Shown piece after piece: positions 47,832-57,921 of a DNA stretch of 64,000 nt (position 1 is its first letter; every line of letters begins with the position of its first letter). This stretch comes from a candidate division FCPU426 bacterium (GTDB lineage: Bacteria; Oederibacteriota; Muellerivitia; Muellerivitales; Muellerivitaceae). Below the pieces are notes generated by a model. The model saw nothing but the letters and a program-made list of their open reading frames with translations. It did no database searches and was not told the origin of the DNA. The stretch lies in the NCBI GenBank assembly GCA_963796105.1, contig CAWCKJ010000003.1, positions 640,001-704,000 on the forward strand, given 5' to 3'. A program made the translations under genes and the position numbers.

Positions 47832-49709
47832 TTAAAAACTAACGATCAGATAAATCAGGGCCACCGCCCCAAAGATGACCAGCGCGTAGTTCTGGACGTA
47901 TCCAGTCTGGGTCAGGCGGAAAAACCCCCCCATTTTACGGAATGCCCAACCCGTACCGTCCACCATCCCATCGTCCACCACATTGTCGTCGAACCACGTG
48001 AAAAGAGTCGCGATGCCGAAATAAACCTTCTTCACCAGCCACCCGTAAAACTCGTCAACGTAATACTTGTTTTTCAACAGCAGGTAAAGCGGCCCAAAGG
48101 CCTTGGCGGCCTTCTCCGCCGAGAAAACCTTTTTCCAGTAAAACAGCGCCGCGGTCCCCATTCCCAGGAGAACCACCAGGAGGGAAGTTCCGGCGACGGG
48201 CCAGTTGAATTCCATGGGCTGGTACCCGCCGTAATGGACGAATTTGGTATAGGCATCCAGTCCGGGCCAGTTGATCCATCCGACCCCGATGGACAAAAGC
48301 GCGAGGATCATCAGGGGAACCGTCATGGTCAGGGGGGACTCGTGGGTATGGTCCCAGGCATGGGTATCGCGCGGCGGACCCGTAAACACCATGAAAAAAA
48401 GCCGGAACATGTACAAGGCGGTCAGGAAGGCCGTCAAGACGGCCACCCCATAAAGTATTTCGTGGTAAGGCACGGAACTTGTGCGCACCGCGTCAAGAAT
48501 GGCGTCCTTGGACCAGAACCCCGCGAAGGGCGGGATGCCCGCGATGGCGAAGTTGGCGATGAGAATGGTGGCGGCCGTGATTTTCATTTTGGAACCCAAC
48601 CCGCCCATCTTCCGGATGTCGTTGGTGTGAAGGGAATGGATAACGCTCCCGGCCCCCAGGAACAGGAGGGCCTTGAAGCAAGCATGGGTGGTCAAATGGA
48701 ACATTCCCGCGGTATAGCCCCCCGCACCCATAGCCAGCATCATGTAACCGAGTTGGGACAAGGTCGAATAGGCGAGGATACGCTTGATGTCGTCCTGGGC
48801 AATCGCGATGGAGGCCGCGAAGATGGCCGTAAAGCCCCCGACATAGGCCACCACCGTCATGGCGAGGGGGTCGGCCGAAAAAAGAAAGTACGTCCTGGCG
48901 ACCATGAAAACACCGGCGGCCACCATGGTGGCCGCATGGATCAGGGCGGAAACCGGGGTGGGGCCCTCCATGGCGTCCGGAAGCCAGACGTGAAGCGGGA
49001 ACTGGGCGCTCTTCCCCACCGCGCCGCAAAACAAAAGGATGGCGATCCCCGCGATAAAACCGCTCTGGTAAGTATGCGCGGCCAGGCCCTGGGCGACGAT
49101 GGACTGGACGCGGTCAAAGTCGAAAGTCCCGAACATCATGGCAATTGTCACCACGCCCATGAGGAATCCCATGTCCCCGATGCGATTGACGATGAACGCT
49201 TTTTTGCAGGCGTCGGCCGCTTCCGGCTTGAAATACCAGAAGCCGATTAAAAGGTAGGAACATAAGCCCACCAGTTCCCAGCCCACGAAAAGCTGGAGAA
49301 AGCTGTTGGCCAGCACCAGGATCAGCATCGAGGCGGTGAAAAGCGAAAGGTATGAATAGTATGTGGAAAACCTCGGGTCCTCCTTCATGTAGCCGAGGGA
49401 ATAAACCTGGACCATCAATGAAATGAAGGTCACCACGAGAAGCATATTGACGCTCAAGGGATCGATTAAAACCCCGACATGGATCGACCAAGGCGGTATT
49501 TCCATCCACGTCAACGATAGCGTGACGCTCCTGGCGGAAGGATCCAGGGCGAGCAGTTCAAGTAATATCAACGCCGAGAGGATAAAACAAACAGCAACAG
49601 CCAGGATGGATAGAAAGGCTGAAACCATCCGGTAACGCCGGGTGAAAAGAATTATCACCGCGTAAGTCAAAGCCGGCAAAACCGGGATGAGCCATGAATA
49701 TTGGATCAT
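47832..49709 (-). CDS. nuoL: NADH-quinone oxidoreductase subunit L
   Basis: WELVGLCSYLLIGFW, NRIGD, WLPDAMEGPTPVSALIHAATMV, HACFKALLFL; start MIQYSW at 49709. Confidence 0.95.
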   Translation of the reverse strand: MIQYSWLIPVLPALTYAVIILFTRRYRMVSAFLSILAVAVCFILSALILLELLALDPSARSVTLSLTWMEIPPWSIHVGVLIDPLSVNMLLVVTFISLMVQVYSLGYMKEDPRFSTYYSYLSLFTASMLILVLANSFLQLFVGWELVGLCSYLLIGFWYFKPEAADACKKAFIVNRIGDMGFLMGVVTIAMMFGTFDFDRVQSIVAQGLAAHTYQSGFIAGIAILLFCGAVGKSAQFPLHVWLPDAMEGPTPVSALIHAATMVAAGVFMVARTYFLFSADPLAMTVVAYVGGFTAIFAASIAIAQDDIKRILAYSTLSQLGYMMLAMGAGGYTAGMFHLTTHACFKALLFLGAGSVIHSLHTNDIRKMGGLGSKMKITAATILIANFAIAGIPPFAGFWSKDAILDAVRTSSVPYHEILYGVAVLTAFLTALYMFRLFFMVFTGPPRDTHAWDHTHESPLTMTVPLMILALLSIGVGWINWPGLDAYTKFVHYGGYQPMEFNWPVAGTSLLVVLLGMGTAALFYWKKVFSAEKAAKAFGPLYLLLKNKYYVDEFYGWLVKKVYFGIATLFTWFDDNVVDDGMVDGTGWAFRKMGGFFRLTQTGYVQNYALVIFGAVALIYLIVSF

Positions 49710-49792
49710 TCTAAAATCCTCTGCTAATAAAAATGTGTGAAGCCAAAACAATTCCACATTGCCGCAATCGCGCCAAGACGGGTGAAGCCAGG

Positions 49793-50107
49793 TCACCCCC
49801 GCATGGCGTGCGCGTCTTCCACGTTGACGCTCTTCAACTGCCTGCGAACGGAAATAACGATAGCCAACGCGACCGCAGCTTCAGCGGCGGCGATCGTAAT
49901 GATAAAAACCACGAAAACCGGCCCAGAGGCATTGATCCAGTTCCAGTATTTGGCGAAAGCTAGGAAATTGATATTCACCGCGTTTAGCATCAACTCAATA
50001 CCCATCAAGATGGAGATGGCATTTCTGCGGGACAAGATCCCGAACAAACCAATCCCGAACAATACGGCGGATAGGTACAAAAAATGGTTGAGAGGAATGG
50101 AATTCAC
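49793..50107 (-). CDS. nuoK: NADH-quinone oxidoreductase subunit K
   Basis: RRNAI...IELMLNA, AAAEAAVALAI. Confidence 0.95.
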   Translation of the reverse strand: MNSIPLNHFLYLSAVLFGIGLFGILSRRNAISILMGIELMLNAVNINFLAFAKYWNWINASGPVFVVFIITIAAAEAAVALAIVISVRRQLKSVNVEDAHAMRG

Positions 50108-50685
50108 GCTGTATCCTTTCGGGCGATCACAATAGCCCCCACCAAGGCCGATAATAAGAGGATCGAAACCAGTTCAAAAGCGAACGCGTATCCCTTGTCA
50201 GGCCTAATCAACTCCAACCCCAGGGCATTAACGTCGTATCCTTGGGGATTCACCGATGGATTCCCTGAAGAATCAAGAGGGAGACGGTTCGCGGAAACGG
50301 TTGAAGTGGGTTTTCCCAGGGAGGAGGCGGAATGGTCAGACCATTTGGAAACTGAGCTTTCAACCGCAAAGAGGGCGGCAATGGACAAGATGCCCGCCAC
50401 CATCACGGAAAGAGGCGCTTGGTGGTTCAGGACTTTGGCTTTGTCGCTCATAACCTCGCGGGTCAGCATGATCCCGAATATAAGGAGCACAGTGACGGCG
50501 CCGACATATATCAACACCTGAACAACCGCCAGGAATTCCGATTCAAGGTACAGAAAAATACCTGCCGCGCAAAACATGGTAACCGCTAGGAACAAGGCGC
50601 AATGGAAAAGATTCCGGAGTGTGACCACCATCAGGGCGGATACCACAAGGGCCCCCGCGATAACATAAAAAATGGCTGTTTCCAT
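50104..50685 (-). CDS. nuoJ: NADH-quinone oxidoreductase subunit J
   Basis: QVLIYVGA, FELVSILLL; start METAIF at 50685. Confidence 0.93.
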   Translation of the reverse strand: METAIFYVIAGALVVSALMVVTLRNLFHCALFLAVTMFCAAGIFLYLESEFLAVVQVLIYVGAVTVLLIFGIMLTREVMSDKAKVLNHQAPLSVMVAGILSIAALFAVESSVSKWSDHSASSLGKPTSTVSANRLPLDSSGNPSVNPQGYDVNALGLELIRPDKGYAFAFELVSILLLSALVGAIVIARKDTA

Positions 50686-50687
50686 GG

Positions 50688-51206
50688 TCACGCTCCCGAG
50701 CCAGACGCCGGGGGATTCGCCGCCGATACTGTCTCCAGGGCCGCAGGATCCGTTTGAGAAGGCCGTACCCACTTCATACCTTGCTCGTCCTGCAATAGGT
50801 TTCCCCGTTGATAGACCGCATTCTCGTACTCCTCCGCCACGAATGTTAATGCGTCAAAACCGCATGCCTCCACGCAATACCCGCAAAAGATGCAGGTGGA
50901 AAAGTCCAGTTTGAAGGTGGTCATGCGCCTTTTTCCGTCGGGCATCCTCACCCCCTCGAGCTTGATACAGCTATTGGGGCAAGCCTTGGCGCACATCATA
51001 CAGGCGACGCAATTGAACTGGTCCTTTTCCCCGTCATAGATGAGTTTTATCATGCTTCTGCTGCGCTCAGGCAACGGCATCCTCTCGTCCGGATACTGGT
51101 AAGTATTTGTTTTCTTAAAGAAATAACGGATGGTGACCGACAAGCCCAAAAGAAGGTTCCCAAACCCCTTGAGAATGCCTGGAAAATAACCGAGTTTCGG
51201 GCCCAT
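50688..51206 (-). CDS. nuoI: NADH-quinone oxidoreductase subunit I
   Basis: TYQYPDE, CVACMMCAKACP and CIFCGYCVEAC 4Fe-4S motifs. Confidence 0.95.
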   Translation of the reverse strand: MGPKLGYFPGILKGFGNLLLGLSVTIRYFFKKTNTYQYPDERMPLPERSRSMIKLIYDGEKDQFNCVACMMCAKACPNSCIKLEGVRMPDGKRRMTTFKLDFSTCIFCGYCVEACGFDALTFVAEEYENAVYQRGNLLQDEQGMKWVRPSQTDPAALETVSAANPPASGSGA

Positions 51207-51209
51207 GTT

Positions 51210-52289
51210 CTATGCCCCCCCGCCGCAATAAAGAATTAAAAAACCCGTTAATAGAATATTAACAATCGCAACAGGAATCAGGACTTTCCAGCCGAAATCC
51301 ATGAGTTGATCCACTCTGAGCCGTGGAAAAGTCCACCGGAATGACATAATCAAAAAAATGACCAAAAGAAGTTTCAGCATGAACCAGACGAATCCAGGCA
51401 AATTCAAGAAGCCCAGCAATGGCAAAGGAAGCCAACCTCCTAAAAATAATGAGACAGCGACCGACGAAGAAATTATGATCGCGACATATTCCCCCAAGAA
51501 AAACATCGCGAACTTGACGCCTGAGTATTCGGTATGGTAACCGCCGATCAATTCCGATTCCGCCTCGGGGATGTCAAAGGGGGCGCGGTTAGCTTCAGCG
51601 GTGGACGCGGTGATAAAAATAAGAAAAGAAACCAGAATGGGAATAATATAAAGACCCCTTAAAAACCAATAACCATGATCAGATTGATATTCAACGATCT
51701 TTTGCAAGCTGAGGGTGCCAGTGGCCAAAATAATTGGAATGATCGAGAGAACCAAAGGCACTTCATAACTGACAATTTGGGCCGCGGAACGAAATCCGCC
51801 CAGCAGGGCGAATTTATTGTTGGAACTCCATCCAGCTGAAAGGATCGCGATGACAGTGAAGCTGGAAATGGCGATGATATAAAGAACCCCAATGTTCAAA
51901 TCCTGGACCACAACCCCTTTGTCGAAAGGAATAACAACCAAACCCATGAAGGTGGCGACAAAAGCCACAATGGGAGCGATAAAATAGGGAATTCTATCCC
52001 GATGGACAGGCTTCACATTCTCTTTAATGGTGAGTTTAAGCGCATCAGCCAATGTTTGAAGCAGGCCAAAAGGTCCAACTCTATTGGGCCCAATCCTGCT
52101 CTGCATATGGGCTGAAACCTTGCGTTCCATCCAAACAAGGAACATCACAAATACAGCGACTATCGCGAACATGACCACTACGATAACAGCAGTATTAATA
52201 AACTCCTCCCAGTTTGATATACCCAATGTGGTATAGAGGAGCTTAAGAAAGCCTTTTATGAATTGGATTATTTTTTCGGTATTAGTCAA
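51210..52289 (-). CDS. nuoH: NADH-quinone oxidoreductase subunit H
   Basis: ERKV...GPNRVGP, AQIVSYE, NRAPFDIPEAESEL, PRLRVDQ. Confidence 0.96.
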   Translation of the reverse strand: MTNTEKIIQFIKGFLKLLYTTLGISNWEEFINTAVIVVVMFAIVAVFVMFLVWMERKVSAHMQSRIGPNRVGPFGLLQTLADALKLTIKENVKPVHRDRIPYFIAPIVAFVATFMGLVVIPFDKGVVVQDLNIGVLYIIAISSFTVIAILSAGWSSNNKFALLGGFRSAAQIVSYEVPLVLSIIPIILATGTLSLQKIVEYQSDHGYWFLRGLYIIPILVSFLIFITASTAEANRAPFDIPEAESELIGGYHTEYSGVKFAMFFLGEYVAIIISSSVAVSLFLGGWLPLPLLGFLNLPGFVWFMLKLLLVIFLIMSFRWTFPRLRVDQLMDFGWKVLIPVAIVNILLTGFLILYCGGGA

Positions 52290-52304
52290 ATTTCACATTC
52301 CTAA

Positions 52305-53450
52305 TCATCGGTCGACCTCGGGCACGATTAAATCAAAACTCCCGAGGATCGCCAATATATCCGCAACTTTCCAGCCTCGGGTCAATGTATCCAGAAGATA
52401 AAGATTACTAAAAGATGCGCAACGGAATTTCGCCTTCCAGGGTTTTGGTGTTCCGTCCCCAACCAGGTAAATTCCCATTTCTCCCCGCGAGGACTCGGTT
52501 CGTAAATATACTTCACTAGCGGGGGGTGCCTTTAGCACGGGAGGGAGCTTGGCCTCCACCGGCCCCGGTTCCAGGCGGTCCAGGCATTGCCGGATGATGG
52601 CGACGCTTTCCCGCATTTCATTCATTCTCACTTTGTAGCGGCTCCAACAATCCCCATCGTTTTCCAGGCATTCCTTGAATTGTACCCGGTCATAATAAAG
52701 ATAAGGTTGTTGTTTCCTCACATCGCAAGAAACACCAGAACCCCTCAAGGTCGGTCCTGAAACGCCCGCGTTCATTCCTAAATCAGGGGTGATGACTCCT
52801 ACCCCTTGGGTCCTCCCCAGGAAAATCGGATTGTTAGTCAAAAGATCCTCGTACTCGTCCACTTTAGGCTCGAAATAATCCAGGAAAGACCTGCACTTAG
52901 GGGTGAAATCGGGCAATACGTCGATCATGACTCCGCCGATGCGGATGTAATTATAGGTGAGTCTTTGTCCGCAAGTCATTTCAAACAAGTCCAGGATCCG
53001 CTCCCTTTCCCTTAACCCGTAAAGAAACGGGGTCAAAGCCCCAATATCACCGGCAAAAGATCCCATCCATAATAAATGACTTGCTAATCGTTGCAACTCC
53101 ACAAAGATCATTCTCAGCCATTGGGCCCGGGCCGGGATTTCAATGGCCATGAGTTTTTCAGCGGCCAATGCGAATGCGAGATTGACACTCATCGCCGAAA
53201 CATAATCAACCCGGTCAGTATAGGTGATGCACTGCGGATAAGTCCGGTTCTCGCAAATCTTCTCTATAGAACGGTGCAGATACCCCATCACGGGAGTTGT
53301 TTTTTGAACTGTCTCTCCGTCTAATTTTACAATTAAACGTAACACCCCATGAGTAGCCGGATGCTGGGGTCCAAGGTTGACGACGTAAGAGTCGGAATCA
53401 ACCGCCGAATCGCCGGTTCCTTTATGAAGGCTTAACAATAAATCCGTCAT
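52305..53450 (-). CDS. nuoD: NADH-quinone oxidoreductase subunit D
   Basis: NLGPQHPATHGVLRL, GYLHR, DRVDY, C-terminal EVDR; no NiFe CxxC motifs. Confidence 0.95.
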   Translation of the reverse strand: MTDLLLSLHKGTGDSAVDSDSYVVNLGPQHPATHGVLRLIVKLDGETVQKTTPVMGYLHRSIEKICENRTYPQCITYTDRVDYVSAMSVNLAFALAAEKLMAIEIPARAQWLRMIFVELQRLASHLLWMGSFAGDIGALTPFLYGLRERERILDLFEMTCGQRLTYNYIRIGGVMIDVLPDFTPKCRSFLDYFEPKVDEYEDLLTNNPIFLGRTQGVGVITPDLGMNAGVSGPTLRGSGVSCDVRKQQPYLYYDRVQFKECLENDGDCWSRYKVRMNEMRESVAIIRQCLDRLEPGPVEAKLPPVLKAPPASEVYLRTESSRGEMGIYLVGDGTPKPWKAKFRCASFSNLYLLDTLTRGWKVADILAILGSFDLIVPEVDR

Positions 53451-53895
53451 CCGTAAAATCCTTCCTTAAAGGATGTTTCTTATAATCATCAGGCATCATG
53501 ATGCGACGCAAATCGGAATGTCCGTCGAACATAACTCCATAAAGGTCAAACACTTCCCTCTCGAACCAATTTGCGCTTTTCCAAATTTTCTCCAACGTTG
53601 GGACAATGGGCTTATCTCGGGGAGTATCAAGTTTGACGGTAATTTGCTGATGATTTAGGTAAGACCATAGGTGGCACACCAAGGTGAACTTGTTTTCCTT
53701 GGGATAATCTACCGCCGTCAAATTGGAAAGGTGCTCAAAGGAATACTCTGGTTTATCCCTCAAGGTTTGGCAGAGGGACAAAAGGGTCTCGCTTTTCGCC
53801 AAAACCACAACTTCTTTTTGAGCGGAAAGAATTACGGTTTGGACTTGCTCTTTAAAATCAGATTCTAATTTAGATTTAAGCTCTTCATTCGTCAT
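53422..53895 (-). CDS. nuoC: NADH-quinone oxidoreductase subunit C
   Basis: ANWFEREVFDLYG, HSDLRRI, HPLRKDF. Confidence 0.95.
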   Translation of the reverse strand: MTNEELKSKLESDFKEQVQTVILSAQKEVVVLAKSETLLSLCQTLRDKPEYSFEHLSNLTAVDYPKENKFTLVCHLWSYLNHQQITVKLDTPRDKPIVPTLEKIWKSANWFEREVFDLYGVMFDGHSDLRRIMMPDDYKKHPLRKDFTDDGFIVKPS

Positions 53896-53974
53896 GAAAA
53901 TTTAATTCTCCCCTTTATCAACGCCTACATCATAATTTAATTCATTTTTCAACGCGCGATTGGACTACATAAAA

Positions 53975-54517
53975 TTAAAATTCCTTCCGCCTTCTAAATA
54001 TCGGTTCATCCTCTATTTTCTTTTGAATAGCCATTAACCCATAAATTAAAGACTCTGGTCTAGGGGGACATCCAGGGACATAAACATCAACCGGCACGAA
54101 TGAATCAATTCCTTTAACCACGGTATAAGAATCATAGTAATAAGGGCCGCCTGCGATGGTACAACTTCCCATAGCGATGACCCAACAGGGCTTAGGCATC
54201 TGCTCATAAAGTTTTTTCAACGCGTAACCCATTTTCTCGGTAATGGTTCCAGCCGCGATTAAAAGATCGGCTTGGCGGGGAGAAGGCCGAAATACTTCTG
54301 AGCCAAAGCGGGCCAAATCATAACGTCCGCCGGCTGCCGCCATCATTTCAATCGCGCAACAGGCTGTCCCAAACTGAAGGGGCCAAAGTGAATTCTTCCG
54401 AGCCCACTTAAACACGAATCCCATAGCCTTATCCAAGGTCCAAAGGCCTGGTACTTTGCTCTGGTCTTCCATGAGCTCTATTTCAGGTGTTGTTATCCCT
54501 TTTAATTCTAATCCCAA
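53975..54517 (-). CDS. nuoB: NADH-quinone oxidoreductase subunit B
   Basis: [29 protein letters not shown]. Confidence 0.96.
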   Translation of the reverse strand: MGLELKGITTPEIELMEDQSKVPGLWTLDKAMGFVFKWARKNSLWPLQFGTACCAIEMMAAAGGRYDLARFGSEVFRPSPRQADLLIAAGTITEKMGYALKKLYEQMPKPCWVIAMGSCTIAGGPYYYDSYTVVKGIDSFVPVDVYVPGCPPRPESLIYGLMAIQKKIEDEPIFRRRKEF

Positions 54518-54888
54518 CTCAACGCCTCTTTCTTCCAGGCATAAGCCAAACCCACCGCCAAGATAGAAATAAATAGAATCATTTCAACAAAGCCGGTAAC
54601 TCCCAATTGTTTAAAGGAAACCGCCCAGGGATATAAAAAAACAGTTTCAATATCAAAAATCACGAACATTAGGGCATAAAGATAGAAACTGACATTGAAC
54701 CTAATCCAGGAACCACCATATGTCTCCACCCCGCATTCATACGTATCCTCAAGGATTTCATGTTTGTATTTATATTTAAGCCCTAAAAGACCATTGGGAC
54801 TCAAAATCCAACCAGTTAAAAAGGCCATTAAAATAAATAACACTCCAGCGAATAAGAAAAATAGAACACTTCCGTACTGTTCAAGCAT
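54508..54888 (-). CDS. nuoA: NADH-quinone oxidoreductase subunit A
   Basis: [19 protein letters not shown]. Confidence 0.95.
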   Translation of the reverse strand: MLEQYGSVLFFLFAGVLFILMAFLTGWILSPNGLLGLKYKYKHEILEDTYECGVETYGGSWIRFNVSFYLYALMFVIFDIETVFLYPWAVSFKQLGVTGFVEMILFISILAVGLAYAWKKEALSWD

Positions 54889-55014
54889 TTATCACTCTTT
54901 TGAAAAGATTAAAAAACGTTCAAATGAAAGAAATAAAGACAAATCGGTTGAATTAATCTATACATGGACTTTTAATAAATTTCAAGAACTCAGGTTCATC
55001 CGACAAGAGAAAAG

Positions 55015-55989
55015 CTAAAAATCCCTATTGGTGAGAAAATCCGCGAAATTCAAAAGTTCCGTTTTATCCCTTTGGCCGTTTAAAATTAACAACTCATTCT
55101 TTGCTTCGCTAACAAATTTTTTGGCAATTTCGACAGAATGAACAACTGCGCTATATTTGTCCAGCAATTGACGCAAAACATTGAAATCGGTTGAGGACTT
55201 GACTTTTTTATGGATAATTGATTTTAGTTTTTTCTTTTCAAGTGTCGAAGCCCGGTTAAGGCAATAAATCACCGGCAGGGTCAGTTTCCCCTCTCGCAAA
55301 TCACTCATAACCGGCTTGCCCACTTTTGTTTGATCACCAACAAAATCCAGGGTATCGTCAATGACTTGGAAAGCCATACCGACCCCCATACCGAAATTGT
55401 ATAACTGATCCACCGTTCTTTCGTCAGCGCCCGCTAGCATCGCGCCTGTTTGGCAGCTGGCCGCGAAAAGACTTGCCGTTTTCTCCCGGACAACTTCAAA
55501 ATATTGTTCTTCTGTCAGTTCCGCGTTGAACCTATGGAATGTCTCGGAAATTTCCCCGCGGCAGATTATATTCGTGGTATCCGCTAGGGTATTTAAAACT
55601 GTTTTAGGAAGGTTCTTGGCCATCAGATAAAAAGAGGAGGCGAAAACATAATCGCCCATTAAAACTGAAATCTCATTACCCCATTTGAAATTCAGGGTTT
55701 TTTGCTTTCGCCGCACCGCGGAATTATCGATGATGTCGTCATGGATCAGAGTGGCGACATGAAGCATCTCCAAAGCAGCGCCTAATACGACTGTTTGCTC
55801 GGGGACATTTCCGCAATATTTCGCTGAAAGAATTGCGAGGGCCGGCCGCGCCCGTTTTCCGGCAGATCTAGAAAGGTAGTCAACCATCTGCTGAACAAAA
55901 ATATTTTCTGTTTTGAGTGATTGGGCTATCTTTTGTTCAACACGATTTAAATCTTTTTGGATGGAATTGGTTAATTCCTTGAGTAACAC
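55015..55989 (-). CDS. Long-chain polyprenyl diphosphate synthase (IspB/HepT-like)
   Basis: GKRARP, ATLIHDDIID, EKTA, FQVIDD, DLREGKLTLP. Confidence 0.92.
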   Translation of the reverse strand: MLLKELTNSIQKDLNRVEQKIAQSLKTENIFVQQMVDYLSRSAGKRARPALAILSAKYCGNVPEQTVVLGAALEMLHVATLIHDDIIDNSAVRRKQKTLNFKWGNEISVLMGDYVFASSFYLMAKNLPKTVLNTLADTTNIICRGEISETFHRFNAELTEEQYFEVVREKTASLFAASCQTGAMLAGADERTVDQLYNFGMGVGMAFQVIDDTLDFVGDQTKVGKPVMSDLREGKLTLPVIYCLNRASTLEKKKLKSIIHKKVKSSTDFNVLRQLLDKYSAVVHSVEIAKKFVSEAKNELLILNGQRDKTELLNFADFLTNRDF

Positions 55990-56092
55990 AAAATCTCCCC
56001 TTAAACAGCATATCTACATTGCTCATTCTGCCCCGCATTACAATAGGAAACGCATTTTAACCCAAGAGCACTCCCTCAAAGCAACGAAATGC

Positions 56093-56121
56093 AAAAAAAA
56101 AGCTCCACAAATGTGGAGCTT
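56093..56121 (-). terminator. Rho-independent terminator after the Crp/Fnr gene
   Basis: Minus strand AAAGCTCCACA-TT-TGTGGAGC followed by T8. Confidence 0.8.
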
Positions 56122-56135
56122 TCCGGCCTCGTGGT

Positions 56136-56792
56136 TTATTCGCCGAATTGTTCCTTCATTTCTAAGAACTTAATAAACTTTTCGAGATTTTCAAGGCTAG
56201 TGACCACAATTGCACCCCCTGATAAACTGATCACCCGTGCCTTCACAAGGCGGTCCACGACTTCCTGGGTCTTGGGCAAATCCAACCCGCACATCTTGCT
56301 CAACTCGGACACTGTAAAATTTATATCCATTGTTATGCCGCTTGGCCCTTCCTCCCCGTGTTTATGAACCACTAAAAGGATGGTGTTAGCCACAAGACGG
56401 TTAGCATCCTTGATTAAAAGGGTGGCAATTTGCTGATTGGATTCTCTTAGTCTTGATGTGAGGTTTTTCAAAATCTTTTTGACGATTTTAGGATTTGTCT
56501 GCATATGCATCTCAAAAACTTCCTCATCCAAGGCAATTAGGCGAGAAGGCTCCATGGCTATCGCATTTGCAGATCTCACGTCTTTATCAATGACAGCCAT
56601 TTCTCCAAAAAAATCGCCAGCACCTAGGATAACCAATGTTTTCTCCACCCCATCCTTCAATTGCTTGGAAATTTTCACTTTTCCCGATTGGATGATAAAC
56701 ATTTCATTTCCAACGTCGCCTTCCCGAAAAATAATATCGTTGGAATTATAGGTTCGACCGCATTTCTCGAAAATTTCCTGTTCAGTGCTCAT
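56136..56792 (-). CDS. Crp/Fnr-family regulator (cNMP-binding domain + HTH)
   Basis: IFREGD, GDFFGEMA...RSANA cNMP motif; C-terminal FTVSELSKMCG helix-turn-helix. Confidence 0.88.
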   Translation of the reverse strand: MSTEQEIFEKCGRTYNSNDIIFREGDVGNEMFIIQSGKVKISKQLKDGVEKTLVILGAGDFFGEMAVIDKDVRSANAIAMEPSRLIALDEEVFEMHMQTNPKIVKKILKNLTSRLRESNQQIATLLIKDANRLVANTILLVVHKHGEEGPSGITMDINFTVSELSKMCGLDLPKTQEVVDRLVKARVISLSGGAIVVTSLENLEKFIKFLEMKEQFGE

Positions 56793-56896
56793 TTTTTCTA
56801 GCCTTTCGGATGGAGCTTTCAATTTAAGCAGGACAAATAAAGCCCAAAAATCAAACTAACCGATTTTTGTAATTAATTAAACAAGCGGGAAAAGGG

Positions 56897-57853
56897 TTAG
56901 AAATACGCATCAATTGCAAAATGATGGTTGGCGCCTAAAATACCGTCATTCGTCCAAGCGTAATCCAGGCCGACGTAATTTTTCATAAATGGAATTTTAA
57001 CCCCAGCCCCAAGATATAATCCGGCGACTGCGCCAAGGCCGACATCATTTTGGTCAATGGAGCCTTGGAATATGTAACCAAAGCGACCCACCAAGGTGTC
57101 TTTATACCAATACTCTCCACCTAAATTAGCGGAAATAGCATTATCATTTGGAAAGTTCATGTCATAAGCCACAGTAAAATTATTCTCAAACATCTTATAA
57201 GCAACACCAACCTTAACATTAAAAGGCAAAGGATCTGCTTGTTGGTCGAACTTCATGGTTGGCGCGATATTCTGAATATTAAAACCCGCCGTTAAACTTT
57301 TAACAGGAGTTCTATATAAAAGGCCTAGATCAACCGCAAAAGTTGTTGCTGTTTTCAAAGAGACAAGTTGTTCCGAAATGTACTTGGCAGTTAAGCCAAT
57401 ATCCACGTTATAACTGACCCTATAGGCCCCAGCGATATCAACATCCATGTAATTTTCACCGACGCTTTGTCCTGTGGGGTTTCCATTCTGATCATACGCA
57501 CTATCGGTACCTGTTTGAAGAACTTTTGCCCCAATACCAAAAGCAGCGTCATTTCCTAATTTAGTTCCTACATTAACAACACCATAACGAATGGTATCGA
57601 TGAAAACGTCATATTCAGCGGTAATATGGGCTCCACCTAATTGATTCAGCCCAGCAGGATTCCAATAAATAGCATTCGCATCATCCGCCACCGCCACAAA
57701 AGCCTGACCCATGGCAATTGCTCTGGGACCCTCTGGAATTTTGAGGGCTACCGCGCCTGTAGTTCCGGTTCCGCCTGAAAAAAGATTTTGGAGCCCTAAT
57801 AAACATAAATAAAACACTGAAAAAACAAAGATTTTAAAATATTGATGTTTCAC
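56897..57853 (-). CDS. PorV/PorQ (UPF0164)-family outer-membrane beta-barrel
   Basis: LKIPEGPRAIAMGQAFVAVADDANAIYWNPAGL N-terminal signature; amphipathic strands; terminal Phe. Confidence 0.85.
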   Translation of the reverse strand: MKHQYFKIFVFSVFYLCLLGLQNLFSGGTGTTGAVALKIPEGPRAIAMGQAFVAVADDANAIYWNPAGLNQLGGAHITAEYDVFIDTIRYGVVNVGTKLGNDAAFGIGAKVLQTGTDSAYDQNGNPTGQSVGENYMDVDIAGAYRVSYNVDIGLTAKYISEQLVSLKTATTFAVDLGLLYRTPVKSLTAGFNIQNIAPTMKFDQQADPLPFNVKVGVAYKMFENNFTVAYDMNFPNDNAISANLGGEYWYKDTLVGRFGYIFQGSIDQNDVGLGAVAGLYLGAGVKIPFMKNYVGLDYAWTNDGILGANHHFAIDAYF

Positions 57854-57880
57854 CTGGAAAACTCCTCACAATTTTTAATA

Positions 57881-57910
57881 ATTATATCCTTTATTCTCGC
57901 TGAACGTCAA
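57881..57910 (-). promoter_or_regulatory. Putative sigma70 promoter for the porV-like gene
   Basis: Minus strand TTGACG-18 bp-TATAAT. Confidence 0.6.
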
Positions 57911-57921
57911 TGTGGTTTTCC

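Noticed and set aside
47529..49250. 573-aa plus-strand ORF
   Set aside because: Antisense shadow of GC-rich nuoL/nuoM with no recognisable motifs
52305..54517. Group 4 NiFe hydrogenase
   Set aside because: The large subunit lacks both CxxC nickel motifs and ends in EVDR, the small subunit has the NuoB tandem CC, and nuoA/J/K are present
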